Below, one piece after another: positions 1 to 7,379 of a DNA stretch of 64,000 nucleotides (positions are counted from its first letter, which is position 1; each line of letters starts with the position of its first letter). This DNA comes from Oceanicoccus sp. (GTDB lineage: Bacteria > Pseudomonadota > Gammaproteobacteria > Pseudomonadales > Dasaniaceae). Where the stretch lies: contig JBALTE010000011.1 of NCBI GenBank assembly GCA_036963965.1, positions 9,150-73,149 of the forward strand, read 5' to 3'. The position numbers and the translations under genes were made by a program. Under the pieces are notes generated by a model. The model had not been told where the DNA came from and made no database searches. It saw only the letters and a list, made by a program, of their open reading frames with translations.

Positions 1-204
1 TTGCTCTCGAGTTCAGAGGGGGGCTGAGGGTATATTTCCTAATCGATCGGGGTGCATCAAAGCATTATTCAAATGACAGGGGTTTCATTTGTTGGGAGAG
101 GCCTTATAGGTTATCTTGTATTGCTACTTGGGAAATTGGGATAATGCCAAAGATGTACTTCTACAAAAATTTTCATAGTAAATGGACCACGGTTTTCTGG
201 CAAT

Positions 205-280
205 GTATAACAAGGCAATGAACTTCCGGCGCTGCGGTACTGGGCGTTTGTACCTCGCGTCGGTTATTGCGGCGTTAATA
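205..280 (+). repeat. attC-like site 1
   Basis: GTATAAC (205-211) and GTTAATA (274-280) frame the site. The arms TATAACAAGGCAATGAAC and GGTTATTGCGGCGTTAATA pair imperfectly (TAAC/GTTA, GCAAT/ATTGC, AAC/GTT). An inner GCGGTAC / GTACC..GC stem is present. The next ORF's ATG is at 283. Confidence 0.45.
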
Positions 281-282
281 CT

Positions 283-720
283 ATGAGTGCCGAGCAAAAT
301 AACAAGTACATGCGCATTGCTCTAGAGCAGTCTAAAAAAGCGCTGCCCGATTGTTTGCCTAATCCACCAGTTGGGTGTGTTCTGGTAAAGGAAGGTAAAA
401 TTATTTCTTATGGTTATACAAAAGCGCCAGGAGAAAATCACGCCGAAGCCGAAGCGCTAAATAATTATTCCGGGTCACTTGAGGGTGTAAGTGCTTATGT
501 AACATTAGAGCCATGTTCATTTCATGGGCGTACTCCATCCTGCGCTACGTCGTTTATTGAGCGTCAAATTTCAGAGGTCTATATTGGTATCAAAGATATT
601 GATCCACGAAATAACGGTAAAGGTGTAACCAGACTTAAAGCAGCAGGCATTAAGGTCACTGAAAATGTGTTGTCGGAGTCAGTTATACAGTTTCTGAATC
701 CGTACTTAAATAAGAGTTAA
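283..720 (+). CDS. CMP/dCMP-type zinc deaminase domain protein (RibD deaminase-domain-like)
   Basis: The H-A-E zinc and catalytic motif (NHAEAEAL) and the P-C-x-n-C motif (LEPCSFHGRTPSCA) are present. At 145 aa it has no reductase domain. Confidence 0.8.
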   Translation: MSAEQNNKYMRIALEQSKKALPDCLPNPPVGCVLVKEGKIISYGYTKAPGENHAEAEALNNYSGSLEGVSAYVTLEPCSFHGRTPSCATSFIERQISEVYIGIKDIDPRNNGKGVTRLKAAGIKVTENVLSESVIQFLNPYLNKS

Positions 721-770
721 CAAAGCTAGGCGGTCGGACGCTTTTTCGCTCGCTGCTTTTGGCATTATTC
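715..770 (+). repeat. attC-like site 2 (degenerate 3' core)
   Basis: AGTTAAC overlaps the deaminase stop codon (718-720). AAAGC/GCTTT and GCG/CGC pairings occur across the spacer. The 3' end reads GCATTATTC rather than a clean GTTRRRY, so this is the weakest of the four. Confidence 0.3.
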
Positions 771-785
771 ATTTTGGAGAGTTCA

Positions 786-1190
786 GTGAAATTGACGGGC
801 GAATGTTTCTGCGGTGAAATAAAATACGAAATTGATGGCGGTTTGTTTGACGCAAGGTCATGCCATTGTTCACGCTGCAGAAAGGCGTTTAGTTCTCAGG
901 CTTCGGCTTATGCACTGGTAAATCCATCCAAATTTCACTGGCTTTGTGGCATAGACTATTTAGTCACGTATGGGAGCCAACAGGGTTTTGGCTTGCAGTT
1001 TTGCAAGCAGTGCGGATCTACTCTATGCGGCACTTATCAGAATAAAGTGCACGGTGTAACGCTCGGTTGTCTAAATGAAGATCCACAAATTGAAATTGGT
1101 CGGCACATATTTGTAGGATCTAAAGCAAGCTGGGAAATAATTCCAGAAAGCGTTCATCAGTATCAACAACATGCGCCAGAAAATGTGTAA
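786..1190 (+). CDS. GFA (glutathione-dependent formaldehyde-activating / CENP-V) family protein
   Basis: Cys-rich GFA pattern: CFCGEIKY, CHCSRCRK, CKQCGS. I prefer the GTG at 786, which has GGAGA 5 nt upstream. The track start TTG 759 is an alternative. Confidence 0.7.
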   Translation: MKLTGECFCGEIKYEIDGGLFDARSCHCSRCRKAFSSQASAYALVNPSKFHWLCGIDYLVTYGSQQGFGLQFCKQCGSTLCGTYQNKVHGVTLGCLNEDPQIEIGRHIFVGSKASWEIIPESVHQYQQHAPENV

Positions 1191-1196
1191 TAGAAA

Positions 1197-1283
1197 ACAT
1201 TACAAGCGCACAATTCAAAAGCACGCTGTGCTGGGCTCGCCACACCACGCTGCGTTCCGCTCGCCTATGTCTCAGCGTTATGA
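1197..1283 (+). repeat. attC-like site 3
   Basis: ACATTAC-AAGCGC follows the GFA stop, and the site ends in CAGCGTTATGA. There is an internal AGCAC-GCT-GTGCT hairpin. The arms CATTAC.. and ..GTTATG are imperfectly complementary. Confidence 0.4.
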
Positions 1284-1293
1284 GTAAATTGCA

Positions 1294-1785
1294 ATGATCG
1301 GCCTCCGAAAATTTTCTCCTGAAGATTCGACAGCGCTCGTCGCGTTGTTGAATAACTACAAAGTTACACGATACTTATCGACACGGTTACCTTTTCCGTA
1401 TTCACCGCAAGACGCGGATTGGTGGATTTCTACTGGCTGCAAAAATGGCATCGTTCGAGCAATAACCGTTGACGGAGAATTGGCTGGTTGCGTAGGTGCG
1501 GAAGTAGGCGCATTCGAGGAGTCCAGGGCAGCTGAGATAGGGTATTGGCTCGGAGAACCATTTTGGGGTGCTGGTCATGCAACACATGCACTTGACGCAC
1601 TAACGAGGATGGTTTTTTCTGAAACCGATATAGTTCGTATCTACGCACCGGTGTTTAGCCCGAATTTGGCCTCGATGCGAGTGCTCGAGAAGTGCGGTTA
1701 TCAACTTGAAGGGATATTTCGAAAAGGGTGTTATAAAGATGGAACGTTCTATGACAGACATATTTTTGCCAAGATTCAATCATAA
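1294..1785 (+). CDS. GNAT family N-acetyltransferase (RimJ/RimL-like)
   Basis: The 163-aa length and the motif EIGYWLGEPFWGAGHAT....RIYAPVFSPNLASMRVLEKCGYQLEG are typical of the acetyl-CoA-binding core. Confidence 0.8.
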   Translation: MIGLRKFSPEDSTALVALLNNYKVTRYLSTRLPFPYSPQDADWWISTGCKNGIVRAITVDGELAGCVGAEVGAFEESRAAEIGYWLGEPFWGAGHATHALDALTRMVFSETDIVRIYAPVFSPNLASMRVLEKCGYQLEGIFRKGCYKDGTFYDRHIFAKIQS

Positions 1786-1831
1786 CAGTTAGTAGTATGG
1801 ACCTACGGCTCCATACTACTAACTGTTCGTC
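1780..1831 (+). repeat. attC-like site 4, or alternatively a stem-loop terminator
   Basis: A perfect 18-bp stem pairs AACAGTTAGTAGTATGGA (1784-1801) with TCCATACTACTAACTGTT (1810-1827) around an 8-nt loop. AAC and GTT lie at the outer ends. No T-run follows. A perfect stem without extrahelical bases is atypical for attC, so a terminator remains possible. Confidence 0.4.
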
Positions 1832-2143
1832 TCGGCTTTCCCTTTGGTCCATACCCGCGACAGCGACCCATCCGGTTAATCCCGCTTGACCCTCAGCGGC
1901 CACTATCTTGGTCATCTATTATCCCGCCAGCCGCGAGGCTGTACCTTGCGGTGTGTAAATTAGCCATCAAAAAAGGGTGTCGATTCCTATTTTTAGTTGT
2001 ACTTAATTATACTTAGTTATATATAATTTCTTGTAGAGTGATATTATCTTCCAGAATAGGTCGAATTTCTGTTAATTAAGTATAACTATGTTATATTCCT
2101 TATAATTCGAGCTATTTCTAACCAATAACAGAAGCTGTACGAC

Positions 2144-2959
2144 ATGGATTCCCTGATAACAGATAGTGCCCCGTTGCTCACAATTACTGAAGCAGCAACA
2201 TTTTTGAACGTAAGCAAAGCTACCATTCGGCGTTGGACTGACGATGGCCGATTGGCCTGTTTGCGGATAGGTGTGCGCAATGAACGCAGATTCCTGCAGG
2301 CCGACCTGAACGCCTTAATAGTAACATCGGAGACAAAACACGCTACGCCAAAAGAGAGATTGGTTGAAAGCCAGGAGGCCGTGCCCAGATCAGTGCACGG
2401 GTCGAACTTCGGCCATCGATGTATTGTCAGTAATACCATCGAAGAAGAGTGGGCGAGTCTGGGCCCAGCCATCCTGACAGCCCTGGAAGACGGCGCACAG
2501 GTAATTGTAGTGGAAGTCTCGGACCGCAGAAAGCGGTTGGAAGATTTACTGAAGGCGAAAGGGCTAAACATACGCAAACTATTGGCCAGTCACGTGCTGC
2601 ACTGTGTATCAATCGATGACTCCTATTTTTTGAGCGGCGAATTTCGCTGGGACAGGGCGGTGGCTTTTGTTGAGTCGGCAATCCTGGCTGCAAAAGCCCG
2701 TGGGTTTGATAAAGTGTTGATTATCGGTGCAGACAGTAGGGATGCAGATTCGAACGGGCAGAGCTACGCTGATGAGATGAAAAAATACGAGCTAGGTTTG
2801 GGTGAGATGTTGTCCAGACACCCCTCCGCATCAGTTTTGTGTCCTTATACAGCCAGTGAGATTAGCGCGCAACTTATGGTTCAGGGGTTTCTAACGCACC
2901 CTCAAATGTGTATTCACACCACAAATGTACCGGGGCTTCTTGGGCGTGTAGCCATATAA
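2144..2959 (+). CDS. transcriptional regulator: N-terminal excisionase/MerR-type HTH plus a C-terminal MEDS-like sensory domain (DcmR-like architecture)
   Basis: The HTH is LTITEAATFLNVSKATIRRWTDDGRLACLRIG. The C-terminal part begins GHRCIVSNTIEEEW, resembling the MEDS domain start (H-x-C-x-F-Y..EE). The MEDS call is from memory. Confidence 0.55.
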   Translation: MDSLITDSAPLLTITEAATFLNVSKATIRRWTDDGRLACLRIGVRNERRFLQADLNALIVTSETKHATPKERLVESQEAVPRSVHGSNFGHRCIVSNTIEEEWASLGPAILTALEDGAQVIVVEVSDRRKRLEDLLKAKGLNIRKLLASHVLHCVSIDDSYFLSGEFRWDRAVAFVESAILAAKARGFDKVLIIGADSRDADSNGQSYADEMKKYELGLGEMLSRHPSASVLCPYTASEISAQLMVQGFLTHPQMCIHTTNVPGLLGRVAI

Positions 2960-3003
2960 GATGAAGTTTTTAGCACCTAACAGCAAAAATAAGGGAGTCA
3001 GCT

Positions 3004-3894
3004 ATGACGCAAGCCAATTTTGAATATCAAGCTAAGGATGTCGATGAACTGGTAGTACGGGATTTTACCTTCAATTTTCCGGAAGATATTGATCCGGTGT
3101 GGGCTCCCGGTAATCCGGTACGCTCGCACTTATTTAATGGTTTTTCCCTGACCATGCCTTACCTTGAACCCTTTCTGATACGTTCGGTGCTGCGCGCTCG
3201 GGAGCATATTACTGACCCCGAGTTACTTGAAGACCTGGCCGGTTTTAATCGGCAGGAGGCAAATCATTTCAAGTGTCATCGCAAATACAACACGTTGCTA
3301 AAAGCGAATGGCTATCCCGAACTGGAGCGAGTTGAGAAGCATATGGTCGAGGCTTATGCCCGCCTTGAGAAAAAAAGTTTACGCACGCAGTTGGCCTATG
3401 CTGCGGGTTTTGAGTCTATGACAAACGGGTTTACTCACTGGTTTGTCAACAAGCGTGTTTCAATTTTTGGTGGGGCAGATCGCCATGTCAGTTCTTTTTG
3501 GATCATGCATATGATTGAAGAAGCTGAACACAAAACCGTTGCACACGATGCCTTTATGGCTTGTTCAGGTAATTACCTCGCTCGTTTTGTGGGTGTTTTT
3601 CATGGCAGTTGGCACGTGTTGGGGTTAGGGTTTTGGGCTATGTTTATTGCGCTCAAAAAAGACCAAATATTGTATCGTCCACAAACCCTGATTCAGATAG
3701 CCAAAGAAGTGCTCAGTATATGTCTGCAGGTTGGTCCTTTTATGTTCAGGGCTTTGATGCCCGGCTTTAATCCTAGAAACGAGCCGGATCCGCAGTGGAT
3801 GAAAGATTGGATCAAAGGCCATGCTACATTACCTAAAGGTGCGCTTATTCCACTGGTTGATACCAATAACCCAGAGATGCCCGTGCCTTTCTAG
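3004..3894 (+). CDS. COG3687 / PF10118-like predicted metal-dependent hydrolase with two E-x-x-H motifs
   Basis: Two spaced E-x-x-H motifs are present (NRQEANHFKCH and MIEEAEHKTVAHDAF). AGGGAG lies upstream of the ATG at 3004. Confidence 0.6.
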   Translation: MTQANFEYQAKDVDELVVRDFTFNFPEDIDPVWAPGNPVRSHLFNGFSLTMPYLEPFLIRSVLRAREHITDPELLEDLAGFNRQEANHFKCHRKYNTLLKANGYPELERVEKHMVEAYARLEKKSLRTQLAYAAGFESMTNGFTHWFVNKRVSIFGGADRHVSSFWIMHMIEEAEHKTVAHDAFMACSGNYLARFVGVFHGSWHVLGLGFWAMFIALKKDQILYRPQTLIQIAKEVLSICLQVGPFMFRALMPGFNPRNEPDPQWMKDWIKGHATLPKGALIPLVDTNNPEMPVPF

Positions 3895-3915
3895 AGATTT
3901 CACGCAACACGCTAA

Positions 3916-4407
3916 ATGAGTGAGAACGTTATGGACGAAATTCGAAAGAGCCAGCGTTTACTGGTTGGGCATGGCGCCCTTGTTTTATTGTTGGCCTTTA
4001 TCATAGGTTTCGCCTTCTTGTTCTTTTTGACGGGTGAGATTTCTCTCTGGCCGATCCCTGGATCAATTGATTATCAGTTGCCCGGCACCTACGATGCCTG
4101 GCGAATGGCGCACATGGAAGGTATCACTAACGGTTTTGGTCTGTGGTTACTGGCCGCGGTGTTGCCGTTGCTGGACTTATCGGCCAAGACTTCTCGGCGT
4201 ATTGCCTTGGGGATGATTATTACAGCGTGGACGATAGTTATTGCTTCTTGCTTCGACCCGTTATTTCCCAGCGCTCGCGGGCTGGAATTGACAAGTGATT
4301 CTAGCTTGACCAATGATATTGCGTTCCTGCTATTTCTCATAGGCCTTGCGATTGTCATCGCAATTATGTTTAAAGTTGCGTATCAGTGTTTGTTTGCGCG
4401 CTCTTAA
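3916..4407 (+). CDS. 4-TM membrane protein, divergent styrene-oxide-isomerase (StyC)-like paralogue
   Basis: Four hydrophobic spans in 163 aa. It shares W-x-x-A-H-x5-N-G (AWRMAHMEGITNG) and overall layout with the next ORF. Confidence 0.6.
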   Translation: MSENVMDEIRKSQRLLVGHGALVLLLAFIIGFAFLFFLTGEISLWPIPGSIDYQLPGTYDAWRMAHMEGITNGFGLWLLAAVLPLLDLSAKTSRRIALGMIITAWTIVIASCFDPLFPSARGLELTSDSSLTNDIAFLLFLIGLAIVIAIMFKVAYQCLFARS

Positions 4408-4466
4408 TTATAAAAGCTTGTTTTCAGGATTAAACAGCGTATCTAAAATAAACAGGAGAATAGTAC

Positions 4467-4937
4467 GTGGAAAGATATCAGAAATTGATGGTCGGCAATG
4501 CGTTATTGATCATTATGATAAGTATGCTTGCGGGGTTTATGCTCGGCTTTGGCCTTATTGGAGGCTTCGAGCTCTATCCGGGGATGATCATCGAGATGCC
4601 TTATTACGGGAGTGCAGACGGATGGGCCCGGGCGCATGCCGGCGGATTGAGTAACGGATTGCTGATTATCGGGATCGCGTTGGCATTGCCACTGATTCCC
4701 TTAAGTGAAAGAATGCGCAAATTTAATGTGTATGGGTTTATCTTTATCGGTTGGGCTAATACGGTATTTTATTGGTTTGGCAATGCCTCAGCTAGCCGCG
4801 CCTTGAGCTTTGGTGATAACCCTTTGGGGGCCACTAACATTCTGGGAGCGATTGGCTTCGGCCTGGCATTTGCTGGCGCACTCCTCATCGTCTGGTTATT
4901 GTCTTATTCTGCTCTGGTGCTGCTAAAACAAAAGTAG
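4467..4937 (+). CDS. 4-TM membrane protein, styrene-oxide-isomerase (StyC)-like
   Basis: GTG start with CAGGAG 9 nt upstream. GGFELYPGMIIE...GWARAHAGGLSNG...GWANTVFYWFGN matches my recollection of StyC. Length is 156 aa. Confidence 0.6.
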   Translation: MERYQKLMVGNALLIIMISMLAGFMLGFGLIGGFELYPGMIIEMPYYGSADGWARAHAGGLSNGLLIIGIALALPLIPLSERMRKFNVYGFIFIGWANTVFYWFGNASASRALSFGDNPLGATNILGAIGFGLAFAGALLIVWLLSYSALVLLKQK

Positions 4938-5253
4938 CTCAGTGTGAAAAGGGGCGCTTAACATACAATTAAAATGCTCATTTTTTTCAGGCGTATGTGG
5001 CTAGCTATCGTGCCGACACAATAATCGCCGCGCGCTAATGCCGTAGAGACCATCTCAGGCGATATATCTAACGCCGGGTTATCGTGGCCAGAAGTCGTTA
5101 CCTTTTTATTGGTTAGAACTTTGCCGGGGTTTGGGCTGTCACAATCGTCTTCGTCGTCTGACAACGGAGTCGAAAAAATGAGACATAAACTGCCATTGAG
5201 CCGAAGATATTTCTCGAGAAATCGAGTGAAATACAATGTCTTTAGCGGCCCTA

Positions 5254-6705
5254 TTAATAGATAAACCATAGTAAATCTGCAGCTCTTACCAGCGAGCGAG
5301 TGAACGATGTGTTGCTTGCTGCTTGTTTCAACGCGTCAATATCATCCGATTCCAACCATTCGCCATGCAACATAATTCCCGAAATGGACTTTAACGCCTC
5401 CATATTTTCAAGTGGATTTTCCGGTACCAATATTAAATTCGCAGTATGCCCAGATAGAATTTTACCTGTTTTTTCGAAACCCAGCACATCAGCACTGATA
5501 CTTGTAGCCGCCCTTAACGTGTCATAAGGAGAGATCCCACTGTCTACGAGTAACTGAAGCTCTTCCAGCATTGACTTGCCCGGGACTAGTCCAAAACCGC
5601 CCGCATCAGTACCTACAATCATTTTGACTCCATTGCTGTGCAGTATTTCTGTTGCCTCAGCAAAAAAATCTGTGTGCGGCCTTTCGTAACTAGAAACATC
5701 CTTGTGGCTCCAATAATCCATGGAGCCTTTTTCTATTAACTTAACTAACGGATTAATTGTTTTTGACCCTGTCTGGTTTAAGTACTTTCCTTTTGATTCA
5801 GCTATATTTACTAAGCGTTTATGTGCGACTAACGTTGGTACAATAACATCACCACTCTCGACTAAGAGCTTTGAAATTTTTACCATCTCGCTTATGCTCA
5901 ATTTGTCACTAAGCGCATGCCAAACTAAGGTTTCCGTGTGCTCAAGTGTTTCAAACCCTTTCCCAATAGATGCCTCCCAAGGGATTGTAAAAGGTTTATC
6001 GTGTGGCATTCCCTTTTCACGTGTGCCCTCAGGTGAGTGACCGGTAATTTTCATATTTAGGTTGCGTGCTTCTTTAACTATTGCGCTAAAAGCTGGCTTA
6101 GTTAGGTTTGAGTAAAGCTTTACGGTATTAAAGCCTGCTTCATGTTGACGTCTTACAGCGCGAATCGCGTCTTCCTTATTGTGAACGAGTTGCTGAATAA
6201 TATTAGCATTCGGACCAGGGCTATTGAGAATAGGTCCCGTAGTTATAAAGTCAGGTGCCAATAGCTCTCGTCTCTCGATACGAGTTTGTAAACCCACATG
6301 AAACGGGTAGCCGGACATATTTCTAATAGCTGTTACGCCGTAAGATAGGTAGCCTGCTAATTCAGATTCGTCACTTAGATGTACATGAGCGTCTATTAAT
6401 CCTGGCAATAGATATTGACCTTTACCATCTATTACCAATGTATCGAGACTAATATCAGCGCCATATTCCTGCTCATCTGCTTTTCCTATTGACGTTATTT
6501 TCCCATTTTCTATGGTAATAGTTTGATGCTTAAGTACCTCTGGAGTACTTGATGACATGGGAATGAGATGAACATTGGTAATGACTATTTTGGGAGAAGG
6601 AGTGATCCCGCGTTCAATGAAGGCTGGGAGAAACGTAAGTTGAAACAGTACCCATAAAAATAGTAATGCGGAGATTGTGCAAAGTGATAATGCGATTTTT
6701 TTCAT
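5254..6705 (-). CDS. secreted metal-dependent amidohydrolase family protein
   Basis: GLIDAHVHL metal-binding motif and a late GTDAGG motif. I trimmed the track ORF (to 6873) to the ATG at 6705, which gives an MKKIALSLCTISALLF signal-like N-terminus. Confidence 0.8.
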   Translation of the reverse strand: MKKIALSLCTISALLFLWVLFQLTFLPAFIERGITPSPKIVITNVHLIPMSSSTPEVLKHQTITIENGKITSIGKADEQEYGADISLDTLVIDGKGQYLLPGLIDAHVHLSDESELAGYLSYGVTAIRNMSGYPFHVGLQTRIERRELLAPDFITTGPILNSPGPNANIIQQLVHNKEDAIRAVRRQHEAGFNTVKLYSNLTKPAFSAIVKEARNLNMKITGHSPEGTREKGMPHDKPFTIPWEASIGKGFETLEHTETLVWHALSDKLSISEMVKISKLLVESGDVIVPTLVAHKRLVNIAESKGKYLNQTGSKTINPLVKLIEKGSMDYWSHKDVSSYERPHTDFFAEATEILHSNGVKMIVGTDAGGFGLVPGKSMLEELQLLVDSGISPYDTLRAATSISADVLGFEKTGKILSGHTANLILVPENPLENMEALKSISGIMLHGEWLESDDIDALKQAASNTSFTRSLVRAADLLWFIY

Positions 6706-7132
6706 TTTTCTCGCGAGACTCATTAGTATAGTTAAGTTATATGTTACAGAAATTGCGTTGCAATTGTAGAACATGAGCCACTTAAACATTATAAGTTTCC
6801 TAAGGATGCAGATAACCCGGCTCATCAACTTTGTTATCACGAGACTGATCACTGTCAGAGTAAGTATGCCCAATGCTGTATATAACTCCGCTTTGCCAAC
6901 CCCATACCGTCCGTTTTTGGCACTAAGCCGACTCCAAAATTCGCTTAAGTTAGACCCCTTAACGACTGCTTTCTAATCCACAGCGGACATTAATCGACAC
7001 ATCGGTATTCCTTCAGCTTCTGAGCCGCAACAGACCTCGGGAAATTGAAACTCACCGTGACAAATTAATTTTTGTATAAGTTGCCGCCCACCTTAGCCAA
7101 GGGAGAGGTTGCGGTACCGCAAATGTTTAAGC

Positions 7133-7171
7133 TAGAGTGGCCGGGGAAAGGGCACTTGTTCCATTTATATG
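7133..7171 (+). repeat. conserved intergenic motif, copy A
   Basis: TAGAGTGGCCGGGGAAAGGGCACTTGTTCCATTTATATG. It is 31/39 identical, ungapped, to copy B, and lies 209 nt upstream of the SDR start. Confidence 0.6.
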
Positions 7172-7379
7172 TCACACACCAATGGTTTTTTGTGGGGCAA
7201 CAACGAGGTCGCGGTCGGCTGTTATACCGTTGAACAACAGACTCAATACATTCCGGGTACGCACCAGTAATTTGAACTGGATGCGCGATTGGCGGTACAG
7301 CATCCAACCCCGAACAATCCTTACCGCAGTAATACCAAATATTCAAAAATTACAATTCACTAACAGGAGCAAAAAAGAT

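Larger units (their letters stand above)
205..1831 (+). mobile_element. putative integron gene-cassette array: three single-ORF cassettes bounded by four attC-like imperfect palindromes, no integrase in the window
   Basis: Three short, same-strand, functionally unrelated ORFs (deaminase, GFA, GNAT) sit at a regular pitch of about 500-550 nt. Each spacer begins with (T)AAC-A at or just after a stop codon. Three of the four end in GTT close to the next start, and each folds as an imperfect palindrome. The start of cassette 3 (GTTATGA, 1277-1283) is the exact reverse complement of TCATAAC (1780-1786) in that cassette's own 3' site, as expected for attC R'/R'' pairing. Confidence 0.45.

Noticed and set aside
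1-204. Tiny ORFs (23-34 codons) in the first 200 nt, considered as a cassette-borne peptide.
   Set aside because: They are too short, have no RBS and have no recognisable features. The segment may simply be a non-coding cassette or a truncated one at the window edge.
1402-1915. Minus-strand ORFs overlapping the GNAT gene and attC-like site 4.
   Set aside because: They are antisense to a motif-supported gene. The 86-aa ORF runs through the palindrome and has no support.
4958-5269. A 103-aa minus-strand ORF between the SOI-like gene and the amidohydrolase gene.
   Set aside because: It overlaps the amidohydrolase 3' end by 16 nt, has no RBS I can see and has no motif. It is kept out of the feature list as unsupported.
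6706-6873. A 56-aa N-terminal extension of the amidohydrolase ORF. Similar extensions occur at 7137..7379 (SDR), 25405..25443 (disulfide reductase) and 16246..16290 (2Fe-2S subunit).
   Set aside because: Internal ATGs give canonical N-termini (a signal peptide, a Rossmann start, or MATLKVNGK), mostly with RBS-like purine runs. The extensions have no family features.
7133-7171. Reading the repeated motif as a sigma-54 (-24 GG / -12 GC) or ECF-type promoter, because copy A contains GGCAC.
   Set aside because: The GG-to-GC spacing does not fit TGGCAC-N5-TTGCA on either strand. Copies B and C lack GGCAC, and no consistent -10 partner for GGAAC exists on the reverse strand.
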